DNA of 64,000 nucleotides from an uncultured Candidatus Saccharibacteria bacterium (GTDB lineage: Bacteria > Patescibacteriota > Saccharimonadia > Saccharimonadales > Saccharimonadaceae). Below, piece after piece: positions 19,810 to 28,759 of this stretch. The notes under the pieces were generated by a model. The model made no database searches. It worked only from the letters and a program-made list of their open reading frames with translations, and was not told the origin of the DNA. The DNA is taken from positions 4,838 through 68,837 of the forward strand of contig CAUUUJ010000001.1 of assembly GCA_963548315.1 (NCBI GenBank), read 5' to 3'. Position numbers and translations under genes: made by a program. The first letter of the stretch is position 1, and every line of letters starts with the position of its first letter.

Positions 19810-21306
19810 ATGATAATGATAGAAGTAATTATTGCCGCGGCTATTGGAGCTGGCGCGGGCGCTGCTGGTCTTGTTGGATATCAGCGAACTCGCCAAATTA
19901 ACGGTAAAAATCAGATTGAGCGAGATCTGGCAGATGCAAAAACTAAGGCGAGCGATATTGTCCTAAAGGCTAAGGACGAGGCGCTTAAGATTGAAAACGA
20001 GCGTCGCAAGGAATGGCAAAAGACGGAAAATCGCTTGGCGGATCGTGAGAAGACTCTGGATAATAAGCTAGAGGAGCTTGATCGACGAGCAGAAAAATTG
20101 CGCGCGCATGAGGATGAAGTTGATAATCTTAAAAATGAAATTCGCGACATTCGCGCACGTCAGCAGGAAAAGCTTGAAAAAATCGCTGGATTGAAGAAAA
20201 AAGATGCTGCCGACAAGTTAATGCAGATGACTGAGCGCGACATTAAGCAAGACTTGGTCGGTTTGGTGTCAAAATTACAGCATGACGCAATGGATGATGC
20301 TGAAGAGCGGGCACAAATGATTTTGGTGACTGCAATGGAGCGAATGAGTAGTGAAGTTACCGCTGAGCGCACTGTGACTGCCGTTAAGTTGACAGATGAT
20401 GAGATGAAAGGTCGAATTATTGGTAAGGAAGGGCGTAATATTCAGGCGCTCCAGCGCGAAACTGGCGTCGATATTTTAGTTGACGACACACCTGGCATGA
20501 TTATTTTGTCGAGTTTTGATCCTGTTCGCCGACAAGTGGCTCGCTTGAGTCTTGAGATGCTAATGAAGGACGGTCGTATTCATCCTGCGCGCATTGAAGA
20601 GGTTGTTGCCAAGGCTAAGAAACAGATTGAGAAAGAAGTTCGCCAGGCTGGTGAAGATGCTATGCGCGAAACTGGCGTGGTTGGAATTCCGAAGGAAATG
20701 CTGCTACTTCTTGGTGAATTGAAGTTTCGTACCAGCTTCGGGCAGAATGTCCTGAAACATTCGACTGAGATGGCGCAAATTGCTGGAATGATTGCTGAAG
20801 AAATCGGCGCGGATGTGCGCATTACGAAAATTGCTACACTTCTTCATGATGTCGGTAAGGCGGTGTCGCATAAAATTGAGGGTAAACATCATCATATTGG
20901 GGCGGAATTGGCTCGTAAATATGGTATGGACGAGAGAATTGTTCACGCAATCGAAGCACACCACGATGATATCGAAGCGACAACTCCAGAGGCAATTATT
21001 GTTCGAGTCTGTGATGCGGCTTCGGCTGCACGTCCGGGCGCTCGTAATGTTTCTGCTGAAAACTTTGCAGAGCGAATGCGCGATTTGGAAAATGTCGCTA
21101 CGAGCTTTGAGGGAATTGATAAGGCTTACGCAATTTCTGCTGGTCGTGAAGTTCGTGTGATCGTGAGACCTCAGACGATTGATGATTTGTCGGCGATTAA
21201 ATTGGCGCGAGATATTGCGACGAAAATTGAGTCGACAATGCAATATCCTGGCACCATTAAGGTTAACGTGATTCGCGAAACGCGAGCGATTGAGTTTGCT
21301 AAATAA
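19810..21306 (+). CDS. rny: Ribonuclease Y
   Basis: N-terminal TM, coiled coil, KH (KGRIIGKEGRNI), HD (LLHDVGK), ARPGAR. Confidence 0.97.
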   Translation: MIMIEVIIAAAIGAGAGAAGLVGYQRTRQINGKNQIERDLADAKTKASDIVLKAKDEALKIENERRKEWQKTENRLADREKTLDNKLEELDRRAEKLRAHEDEVDNLKNEIRDIRARQQEKLEKIAGLKKKDAADKLMQMTERDIKQDLVGLVSKLQHDAMDDAEERAQMILVTAMERMSSEVTAERTVTAVKLTDDEMKGRIIGKEGRNIQALQRETGVDILVDDTPGMIILSSFDPVRRQVARLSLEMLMKDGRIHPARIEEVVAKAKKQIEKEVRQAGEDAMRETGVVGIPKEMLLLLGELKFRTSFGQNVLKHSTEMAQIAGMIAEEIGADVRITKIATLLHDVGKAVSHKIEGKHHHIGAELARKYGMDERIVHAIEAHHDDIEATTPEAIIVRVCDAASAARPGARNVSAENFAERMRDLENVATSFEGIDKAYAISAGREVRVIVRPQTIDDLSAIKLARDIATKIESTMQYPGTIKVNVIRETRAIEFAK

Positions 21307-21833
21307 TGAAATTTACAGATGAAGAGCGACGGGCTTGGTTGGCAAGTTTGGACAGGCGTTTTTCTAGTGCGGCGGTGCTGATTGAAAATGAGCAGGGCGA
21401 ACTGTTGATTGTTAAAGCTGGTTATAAAGACCATTGGTCACTGCCTGGTGGCATTGTTGACGCTGGAGAATCTCCGCTAGAAGCGGCGGTGCGCGAGGTG
21501 AAAGAAGAAGTTGATATTCAAGTCGACCCTAAGGATCTGAAACTTGCCATGGTTGCTTCGCGTCATTCTGATGAGTTTTTGACACATCAATTTGTGTTTT
21601 TTACAAAGTTAGAAAACGATGCTTTTTCTGAGATAAAATTGCAGGAATCGGAAATTGTGGCCAGCAAATTTATCGCCAAAAATGAGGTTGATTTTGAAGA
21701 CATGTCGCTACTCTGGGTAATCAGATTTTGGGCAATTGATAAATTCGGTTACGTAAATACGAAAATTATTGATAATGACGGCGTGAAAAAAGAAGTTGTA
21801 GAATTTTTTGCGCCGATGATTGGAGGGAAATAA
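21306..21833 (+). CDS. Nudix hydrolase
   Basis: Nudix box PGGIVDAGESPLEAAVREVKEEVD. Confidence 0.9.
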   Translation: MKFTDEERRAWLASLDRRFSSAAVLIENEQGELLIVKAGYKDHWSLPGGIVDAGESPLEAAVREVKEEVDIQVDPKDLKLAMVASRHSDEFLTHQFVFFTKLENDAFSEIKLQESEIVASKFIAKNEVDFEDMSLLWVIRFWAIDKFGYVNTKIIDNDGVKKEVVEFFAPMIGGK

Positions 21834-22468
21834 TGGGAATATTAGTTATTAGTCGACACGGTGAGAGCGAGTGGAATCTGCTCGGTAAGTGGACTGGCTG
21901 GACGGATGTTAATTTGACGGAAAAAGGTCACAATGACACCGTGCGATTGGGCGCTTTATTGAAAGGCGTGGTATTTAATGAAGCTTACACTTCATCATTA
22001 AAACGCACACAACAAACTTTGGCAGCGCTACTCGAAGGGTGTGGTGTCGAAAATCTACAAACAACGCATGCAACTGAGTTAAACGAGCGTGATTATGGCG
22101 ATTTAACTGGAAAAAATAAATGGGAAGTTAAAGCGGAGATTGGTGAAGAGGCTTTTAATGGCATTCGACGCGGTTGGGATTATCCAGTGCCGGGCGGCGA
22201 AACTTTGAAAGATGTTTATGCGCGGGTTGTTCCATATTTTGAGCAAGAGATTTTGCCGAAATTGCAGAATGGTGAGAATATTTTATTGGTGGCGCACGGC
22301 AATTCTATTCGGGCTTTAATTAAACATCTCGACCAAGTTCCAGAAGCCGAGATGGCGAATGTAGAGATGCCATTTGGTCAATTGCTGGTTTATACGTTCG
22401 AGCCCGGTCAATCTTTACCAATCAAAAAAGAAGTGCTGTCGGTTGAGATTGAAGCCGTGAATGCTTAA
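21833..22468 (+). CDS. gpmA: 2,3-BPG-dependent phosphoglycerate mutase
   Basis: RHGESEWN..TGW, LNERDYG, AHGNSIRAL. Confidence 0.93.
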   Translation: MGILVISRHGESEWNLLGKWTGWTDVNLTEKGHNDTVRLGALLKGVVFNEAYTSSLKRTQQTLAALLEGCGVENLQTTHATELNERDYGDLTGKNKWEVKAEIGEEAFNGIRRGWDYPVPGGETLKDVYARVVPYFEQEILPKLQNGENILLVAHGNSIRALIKHLDQVPEAEMANVEMPFGQLLVYTFEPGQSLPIKKEVLSVEIEAVNA

Positions 22469-23796
22469 ATAGTTGTATATATTTCGTATGCACTTAACGC
22501 CGATAAAAATTGTTGAAATCTAAGAGTGTCGTCGCCGCGATATGGCCACGTTGCATGGTTCAGCCAGAAACCCATTAAGGTTAGACAATGATCTAAATTT
22601 ATTTCTTTGTAATAGTTTGAAATATTATGACCGCTTTTATGTAGGTCGATTAGCAGGCTAGTGATGTCGCTACCGGACTCTCCGGGTCCAGACCAACTCC
22701 AGTCGATTAACTTAGTGCCGCGTTTGGGGTACCAAGCCATATTTGATTGTCGAATGTCGTGATGACAAAAAACTAATTTTTTTATATCGCTATGTCGGCT
22801 TCCGGCACTTAGTAGGGCGGGTAAGTCTGCCAATAATTTCTTAGCTATATTTTGGCTATGGGGCGTTAATCTGTCTAAGAATCCTAATGACAATTCTCTC
22901 AATTTAGCCATTTTCTGTTCGTCTAACGAAGCCCACCCTTCTTTAATAAAACTATCGCGCGACGATTCGATATTAAAAGTATCAGGCGGTAATGGTATAT
23001 TTTCCAACTCGTCAAACTTTTCCTTCGCTGATTTGATATAAGCGTCTAGCGTTTCGCTCTTTGCTCGCCATAGCCAACCTTCATCTGGCGTCATTGCCTC
23101 CATGATGAAAGTGTCATCGTCTCGCAATATTGATCTGGGTGGAATTCCACTATATCCATGGCATCTCAAATAGGATATTGTGAACGCTTCTTTTCTCAAA
23201 TATTGGCGCAGTCTATTTCGCTTAATATCATCGTATCTAGTCGATGTTCGCTTAATAAATACCGAATAATCATTTTTTGTGGCGATAATTTTGTCGTATT
23301 GCATATGACCGCCGTTAATATTGCGATAATCTTCGGAAAACTCTGCTATCTTAATTAGCGACCGACAAGACAAATAGTCAATAGCTCTGGCTACTATTTC
23401 ATCATGCGATGCGTATAATTTAGGCAAATTATTGAGCGGTAGCCAGGCTGCGTCGATAGCGTCGTCTCGTCCTGACGCCTCTGATAGTTCGTTGACTATG
23501 AACAAGTACGCACTGGTTTCGATCCATGACGTCTGACTGTTGCGTGGATCGTTAACGAGCCCTTTATATATTAATATTGGATCGTCACTAATTATCGTTC
23601 CAGTTTCTTCTTTTGTTTCGCGAATTGCTGCGGTAAAGGAGTCTTCTTCGGAATTGATGAACCCTCCAGGCAATGCCCATTCACCGCTGGATCGTTTTAT
23701 CAAAAGAATTTTTTGTGCGATTGTGTTGATTATTACGCTGTCTGCGGTGTAATTTGGACCGTCATACCATAATTTACGATTTATAGATATTGGCAT
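22465..23796 (-). CDS. Nudix (ADP-ribose pyrophosphatase-like) fused to an APH/choline kinase-like phosphotransferase
   Basis: WALPGG..AAIRETKEETG, DPRN..SWIET, LYASH; C-terminal HHDIRQSN and IDW. Confidence 0.75.
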   Translation of the reverse strand: MPISINRKLWYDGPNYTADSVIINTIAQKILLIKRSSGEWALPGGFINSEEDSFTAAIRETKEETGTIISDDPILIYKGLVNDPRNSQTSWIETSAYLFIVNELSEASGRDDAIDAAWLPLNNLPKLYASHDEIVARAIDYLSCRSLIKIAEFSEDYRNINGGHMQYDKIIATKNDYSVFIKRTSTRYDDIKRNRLRQYLRKEAFTISYLRCHGYSGIPPRSILRDDDTFIMEAMTPDEGWLWRAKSETLDAYIKSAKEKFDELENIPLPPDTFNIESSRDSFIKEGWASLDEQKMAKLRELSLGFLDRLTPHSQNIAKKLLADLPALLSAGSRHSDIKKLVFCHHDIRQSNMAWYPKRGTKLIDWSWSGPGESGSDITSLLIDLHKSGHNISNYYKEINLDHCLTLMGFWLNHATWPYRGDDTLRFQQFLSALSAYEIYTTI

Positions 23797-23803
23797 TGTT
23801 TTT

Positions 23804-24547
23804 TCATACAGCAGCTAGAGTATTATTCAGTGCATTTTCCGCCAAAGCTGCTTTTACACGTTTACTATACTCTCTAATTTTATCACCTGAACCTATATGT
23901 TTGCCAGGAGTGTCGCTCAATTTGACCGTAGATACTCCATTGACTTCTGTGGCTTTCATAACAAAGTTGTTGGGTGTAATTCCAAGGTCGTTAGTCAAAG
24001 TCGTGCCCCAACCGAATGTTACATTTATTTTGTCCTTAAAGTAATCAGCTATCCTAATAATTTCGCCCACATCAAGTCCATCACTAAAGACGATAGTTTT
24101 CTCCAAAGGATCAATTCCGTTCTTTTTGTAAATTTCAATAGCCTTATTTCCAAATTCTATTGGGTCGCCGGAATCGTGGCGTAATCCTTTCCAAGAAGAC
24201 CATTGATCTGGAGTGAAGTCGGCGAAGAAGAAGTCGGTTGTAAATGTATCTGTTAGGGCAATTGATAGCTCGTCGCCGTATGTGTTTTGCCAGTCTCTTA
24301 GTGCCTGATTGTGACCACTTAGTGGGTTGTTTCCGGCTTTATCTGCTAGTGCAGCGTAAACCATTGGCATTTCGTGTGCAAAAGTTCCAATCGGTTTTAA
24401 TCCTAGTTTATGCGCCAAGTATATATTTGAAGTTCCGACAAAATTGTCAGGGAGTTCATTTGCGACTCGTTCAATTACGTGCCTATGCCAATTAAAGCTA
24501 AAGCGTCGTCTTGTGCCGAAATCAGAAAATTTAATATCTGGGCGGCT
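23804..24547 (-). pseudogene. pncB: 5'-truncated nicotinate phosphoribosyltransferase
   Basis: Frame extends upstream of TTG 24418 through DFGTRRRFS and GTSN to an in-frame TAA; GTFAHE, RHDSGDP, VFSDGL, FGWGT and KLSD present; N-terminal part absent. Confidence 0.85.
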
Positions 24548-24636
24548 TTAAGTATAGAAATTTGTTTGCAAATTTATTCTGTACTTATTTAGTGATATAT
24601 GTTAAGATAGATCAGAGCGAATGATAGAGATATCTT

Positions 24637-24713
24637 CGGGGTGTGGCGCAGTTGGCTAGCGCGCGCGGTTTGGGACCGTGAGGTCGAAGGTTCGAGTCCT
24701 TTCACCCCGACCA
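24637..24713 (+). tRNA. tRNA-Pro(TGG)
   Basis: Cloverleaf, anticodon arm cgcgg-tttggga-ccgtg, GGTTCGA, encoded CCA. Confidence 0.97.
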
Positions 24714-26374
24714 CACGAGAAATCATCGTTTTTTAGGAACCCTTCCCAGGGTTCCTTTAATTTATGTGTAATCTCACACCTCTGTTCTTTTCCTCTTCCG
24801 TATTGCTTTACTGTAAAGTTTGAGAAGAAAATTCTTAGCACTCCGTCAATAAGGGTCATATCTGTCACTTTTCGTAATCTATCAGATATAGAACCGAAGA
24901 GTTCGAGATATTCATCGTATGTAAGGATTGATTCTTTTAGGCTATCTTTTTGATGCCTTAGTTTCCTCAGGTCCTTTTGTAGGCTATCTAATTCATCACT
25001 AATTTCATCGAGGTTGTAATGCCCCTTAAGGTCGGGATTGGTGACAATAAGCTTCTTAACGCTATCGTATTCTCTCTTCTTTGAGCCGATAGCATTAGAG
25101 AATGACATAATTCTTGAAGTGAGGTCTTTTGAGTATTGAGCAGTATAAACTCGAGAGTCCTCAACAAACCGTTTGTAATTGCTCGCTGTGTCAAATACAT
25201 GCTTATCGAGAAAGCTATACGCATGGTTCAATACTTTATTGGCACGAACACTTTTGCCCCTAAACTCACATCCGTCGGTCTCACACTTGTAATTATAATA
25301 GTAAATCCTACCATCCTTGCGCTGCTTAGAAGTTAATCCCGAGCTAAAACTCTTATTGCAGAAACCACAAAATACAACACCTCTCAAAAGATCCGCTTTT
25401 GTGTTCCTGCCTTTATTTATCATCATTGAAGATACAATCTTTGTAGAGTCAAGGCTCTTTATTTTGTTGAGTCTCAAGAAATCGTCAACACTTATCATTG
25501 GCTGAAAGTCGTAATACTCCTGAAGCTTTGCAAGTGATTTGCCATATTTCAATACGCCAGCGTATATAGGGTCGTGAAAAACATTGGAGATCTTATTTAC
25601 ATTCCACACAAACTTCACAGTCTCTTTACCTTTACGCCGCAGCTCGTAGCCCTCACTAGTCAGCCAATCGGCAATTTCTTGTAGGGTAGCATTTCCCTCT
25701 ATTCGTTTATGAAATGCCTGTTGCAGGAGTGTAAAGTTGCGTCCGTCAGGGTAGAGTCTGCCGTCCTTAATGAAGTATCCGTGCTTTTGCTCATCAAAGA
25801 AAAAGCCATCTTCAGTTTTACGACGATTGCCCCTTGTTACACTTTCACTCAGGTGTTCAGAGTATTGCTTTGATAGTACAAATGATATACCTAATAACAT
25901 TTTTCCTGTCGGACTGTTTTCAAAGGCGGAGGTGGCAAAGCGAATATCCTTGAGAATACCTTTGTCTAGTAGGTCAATAATCTCTCCAGCCTCTTTCATG
26001 TTGCGTGCCAGGCGGTCGGGATGCCAGGCAATAATACCATCAACCTCGCCATAGCGTATATCATCTAATAACTTGCTGAATTTTGGGCGAATACCAGGAT
26101 CTTTTGCAGATTGTTTTTCCTCTACTGGCTCGCCAACGATTCGTAGCCCCTCAGGCTTCACCACACGCTCAATACAGTCTTTTATCTGGTCGGGTATCGA
26201 TCGTTCCTGTCTTTCGTCTCCCGTGGTAGATTTGCGGGCATAAATAACATAATTTAGCTCCTTAAAGTCTACATCGGTGGGTGCGTCTGGAATAGTGTTC
26301 ATCAGCAGGCTATACAGGTCATGAACTGTACTAGATGATGATCTGCTATCCGAACTCTCCATACTTACTATCAT
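24656..26374 (-). CDS. Large serine recombinase (resolvase + recombinase + Zn ribbon + coiled coil)
   Basis: YARKST nucleophile motif, DRLARN, CGFC...YKCETDGC; last ~19 codons lie antisense in tRNA-Pro. Confidence 0.95.
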   Translation of the reverse strand: MIVSMESSDSRSSSSTVHDLYSLLMNTIPDAPTDVDFKELNYVIYARKSTTGDERQERSIPDQIKDCIERVVKPEGLRIVGEPVEEKQSAKDPGIRPKFSKLLDDIRYGEVDGIIAWHPDRLARNMKEAGEIIDLLDKGILKDIRFATSAFENSPTGKMLLGISFVLSKQYSEHLSESVTRGNRRKTEDGFFFDEQKHGYFIKDGRLYPDGRNFTLLQQAFHKRIEGNATLQEIADWLTSEGYELRRKGKETVKFVWNVNKISNVFHDPIYAGVLKYGKSLAKLQEYYDFQPMISVDDFLRLNKIKSLDSTKIVSSMMINKGRNTKADLLRGVVFCGFCNKSFSSGLTSKQRKDGRIYYYNYKCETDGCEFRGKSVRANKVLNHAYSFLDKHVFDTASNYKRFVEDSRVYTAQYSKDLTSRIMSFSNAIGSKKREYDSVKKLIVTNPDLKGHYNLDEISDELDSLQKDLRKLRHQKDSLKESILTYDEYLELFGSISDRLRKVTDMTLIDGVLRIFFSNFTVKQYGRGKEQRCEITHKLKEPWEGFLKNDDFSCGRGERTRTFDLTVPNRAR

Positions 26375-26404
26375 TATAGTAGTTCGAGTAACTTATGGCT
26401 ATGG

Positions 26405-26602
26405 CTAGAATACTATTTTTACAGAAATTGTTTTACCAGTTTTGCTATCAAATTCATCAATATAACTGATTAATTCGTCAGAATCGTGCTCAAATTTTTC
26501 ACATAACTGCAGTAGAGCTACAAGATCAATCACGGCAATACCAGTGGACCTGTAAACAGGTGAGCGCCGTGTATCTTTAGTGCACGATGTGACTTTACTC
26601 AT
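26405..26602 (-). CDS. Small hypothetical protein (possible directionality factor)
   Basis: 65-aa ORF co-oriented, directly upstream of the recombinase; function is a guess. Confidence 0.4.
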   Translation of the reverse strand: MSKVTSCTKDTRRSPVYRSTGIAVIDLVALLQLCEKFEHDSDELISYIDEFDSKTGKTISVKIVF

Positions 26603-26656
26603 GCACTAATGGTATATTTATCGAGACATAAAATATCTGGGCTATATATTAAGAAC

Positions 26657-27262
26657 CTATAACCCCTTTACGATTTTTTGATAGTATTTTCTAAAATCAT
26701 TTTCGCTCAAGGTAGGTATATTTCCTTCGTATCCCTCCAGTCTGCCATGTGAATAGTCTGCATATATTTCAGACATCTTTCGGTTTTTGAGTACACGCTG
26801 ACGATGTATGTAATACGCCAACTCTGGTTTGATTGACTTCTTGCCACTAGTGCCGCCAATGTCTCCCTGAAGCTCTTTTACGAGCTTCCAGATAGCATCT
26901 AAATCTTTCCTGGTTGTTTTGTAATGCAGACGCAAGACAACCTCGTCTCCCTCGCAATACACGCGGGGGATATACTTCATTCTATATAGGGCTGGCGCTT
27001 CTGGTGTGAGCAAAAGTTGCATGGCGGTTTCTGTCTTTATGTTAAAGGTGTCGCTTACTTCAGCTGCACAATCATGCACCTTACGGGCACTGTCGTCATT
27101 ACCGTCAACTCGTCCAAGTAGACTATATATACCCATAAAAACATTTTTCAAGTGTCTTTGCTCGATTTCCTTGAATTCTGTACTGTGTTTGATATCGGCT
27201 AAAAATACATCCTTATTTCCCCTAAGGTTGTGAATATACTTATTATGAACAGCATTCGACAT
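26657..27262 (-). CDS. Hypothetical protein, basic helical C-terminus (possible nucleic-acid binding)
   Basis: 201-aa ORF with TATAAT 6 nt before ATG; lies directly downstream of the repeat array. Confidence 0.65.
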   Translation of the reverse strand: MSNAVHNKYIHNLRGNKDVFLADIKHSTEFKEIEQRHLKNVFMGIYSLLGRVDGNDDSARKVHDCAAEVSDTFNIKTETAMQLLLTPEAPALYRMKYIPRVYCEGDEVVLRLHYKTTRKDLDAIWKLVKELQGDIGGTSGKKSIKPELAYYIHRQRVLKNRKMSEIYADYSHGRLEGYEGNIPTLSENDFRKYYQKIVKGL

Positions 27263-27308
27263 TTATTTTATTATACAAAATACCAATGAATCATAGTGAT
27301 ACAGACAG

Positions 27309-27426
27309 CTTGCTTTATAGATATTCTTGCCCCTTCTAGCCGTCTTGCCTTGTAGACGGTCCATCCCTGTTAAGTGTACTTGTCTTGTAGTAAGCTCTAC
27401 CCATGCTTAATCATCTTGCCTTGTAG
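27309..27426. repeat. Four copies of CTTGYYTTRTAG at 35/35/36 bp period with variable intervening sequence
   Basis: Copies start at 27309, 27344, 27379 and 27415; each interval is 9 nt + CCC-containing 5-6 nt + 9 nt. Confidence 0.85.
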
Positions 27427-27433
27427 ATGTGAG

Positions 27434-28309
27434 CTAATAACAATTTGTGAAGGTTGTCGACCCGATAGAGCTACTCGTACAGCTTATACTTGATCTATAT
27501 CCGCTGTTTGATGATGTACTCTTTGAAGACTCTAGCCACTTATTATATTTATCGACTTCCTGTTGACGCTTTGCCTTGTAATCTGCGATATATTCTTCGC
27601 TATTTTCAGTCTTATATTCTCGATAACAAGATATTACACTGTCGTAGTACGAATTTATTATGTCTGTTGATCCGTCTCTAAACGAAACCATATCATCGCC
27701 ATCTTTGTCGGCAGCTTTCCACGCTTTATCGTAGGCTGTGTACGCATTATCTAAACATTTCGCCTGGCTTGCATAAGTTGAGTTACTGTCAAGATTTTTT
27801 TGCGTATTAAGATAGCCGAAGATGATTGGAGACAACAAGACGGCTAGAGTTACTACAATAATGGATACGCCAATTAACTTATGGTGGCTTGAGGCTTTAT
27901 TCTCCTCAATATCATGCCATAGCTTCAATTCGTCTCTGCTGCTAACACTTTTATGAGTTCCTGCGTGTTTTTGGAACATTACCGCTTCATTCTTCAGGTC
28001 TTTAAGGTGTCTTTCTAGCTTATCTTTTGTAGATTTGCGAACACCAGTAATGATTGCTAATACGAGAACTATTACAAGTAAAACAATAGAGGCTATACCA
28101 GTTATTTTTGATAGTGCCTCACCGCCTGGCTGATCCATAGATACTAATGCTGTGATTGCACAAACAACCAAAAGTAGTGATGGTATTCCGACGGATATAC
28201 CCTGATTATCTAGGAGAGTGTCATATTGATTAAGTTGCTGCTTCTTTTGTCGATATTCATTTCTTATATCTATCAATATGTCGTCGTCTTTTGCCGTAGT
28301 CACAAACAT
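27434..28309 (-). CDS. Hypothetical 3-TM membrane protein (island cargo)
   Basis: AGGAGG abutting ATG; three hydrophobic segments; DKDGDDMVSF EF-hand-like loop; Ser-rich Cys-flanked tail. Confidence 0.7.
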   Translation of the reverse strand: MFVTTAKDDDILIDIRNEYRQKKQQLNQYDTLLDNQGISVGIPSLLLVVCAITALVSMDQPGGEALSKITGIASIVLLVIVLVLAIITGVRKSTKDKLERHLKDLKNEAVMFQKHAGTHKSVSSRDELKLWHDIEENKASSHHKLIGVSIIVVTLAVLLSPIIFGYLNTQKNLDSNSTYASQAKCLDNAYTAYDKAWKAADKDGDDMVSFRDGSTDIINSYYDSVISCYREYKTENSEEYIADYKAKRQQEVDKYNKWLESSKSTSSNSGYRSSISCTSSSIGSTTFTNCY

Positions 28310-28345
28310 CCTCCTTGTTACTTATGCTAGTTATGGAGGCAAACT

Positions 28346-28431
28346 AAAAAGCTCGCCGCCAGTGATAGCCGAAGCTACCCGATACCGTTTCCAGTACCGA
28401 CCATCGTGAAATAGTGCTCTGACGACGAGCT
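28346..28431 (-). ncRNA. Putative cloverleaf structured RNA (C4/CI-like or attenuator)
   Basis: 13-bp closing helix with G-U pairs, arms capped by GAAA and C(UUCG)G, 3' U-run. Confidence 0.7.
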
Positions 28432-28494
28432 GTTATTTCACGATGGTTTTTATAACAACCATGCCGCCAAGGCGGTTTAGGTTGCATGTTTATA

Positions 28495-28503
28495 ATTATA
28501 TCA
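28495..28503 (-). promoter_or_regulatory. Extended -10 promoter (TGATATAAT) driving the structured leader
   Basis: Perfect TGnTATAAT just upstream of the structured region. Confidence 0.6.
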
Positions 28504-28730
28504 CTCTAGTAATGAAAATGTGCCCGGCTTAGTTTAACAGAAGTGAAGCATCAATAGTGTGATGCTAATATACAATATTACCAACAAAAGTAGCGGACGG
28601 ACCGTGATGAACACGTGACTCTAATTTCTGACAAAAGTCTGCTTGCAGCCGCCTTGTTCGCTACTATGTAATCAAAAAGTTCGAAGAGCATTTGTTTTTC
28701 TCGACCAATTGGAATCATTCAGTGTATTAA

Positions 28731-28759
28731 AATAACTGGCATTTGACCAGTTATTTTTT
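28731..28759. terminator. Bidirectional intrinsic terminator
   Basis: aataactgg / ccagttatt stem with A/T runs on both sides. Confidence 0.6.

Larger units (their letters stand above)
24714..28707. mobile_element. Integrated element at tRNA-Pro (~4.0 kb)
   Basis: Serine recombinase at the tRNA 3' end; CGACCA at 24708-24713 repeated at 28702-28707; hairpin terminator and housekeeping genes resume just after. Confidence 0.75.

Noticed and set aside
27309..27426. CRISPR array
   Set aside because: Repeat is only 12 nt and degenerate, the period is too short, and no cas genes are in the window
27836..27848. 13-bp inverted match (caagacggctaga) to array positions 27335-27347
   Set aside because: A single short match that includes repeat bases; could be chance, so not claimed as a target
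24714..28707. Prophage
   Set aside because: No structural, terminase, replication or lysis genes; better described as a minimal integrative element
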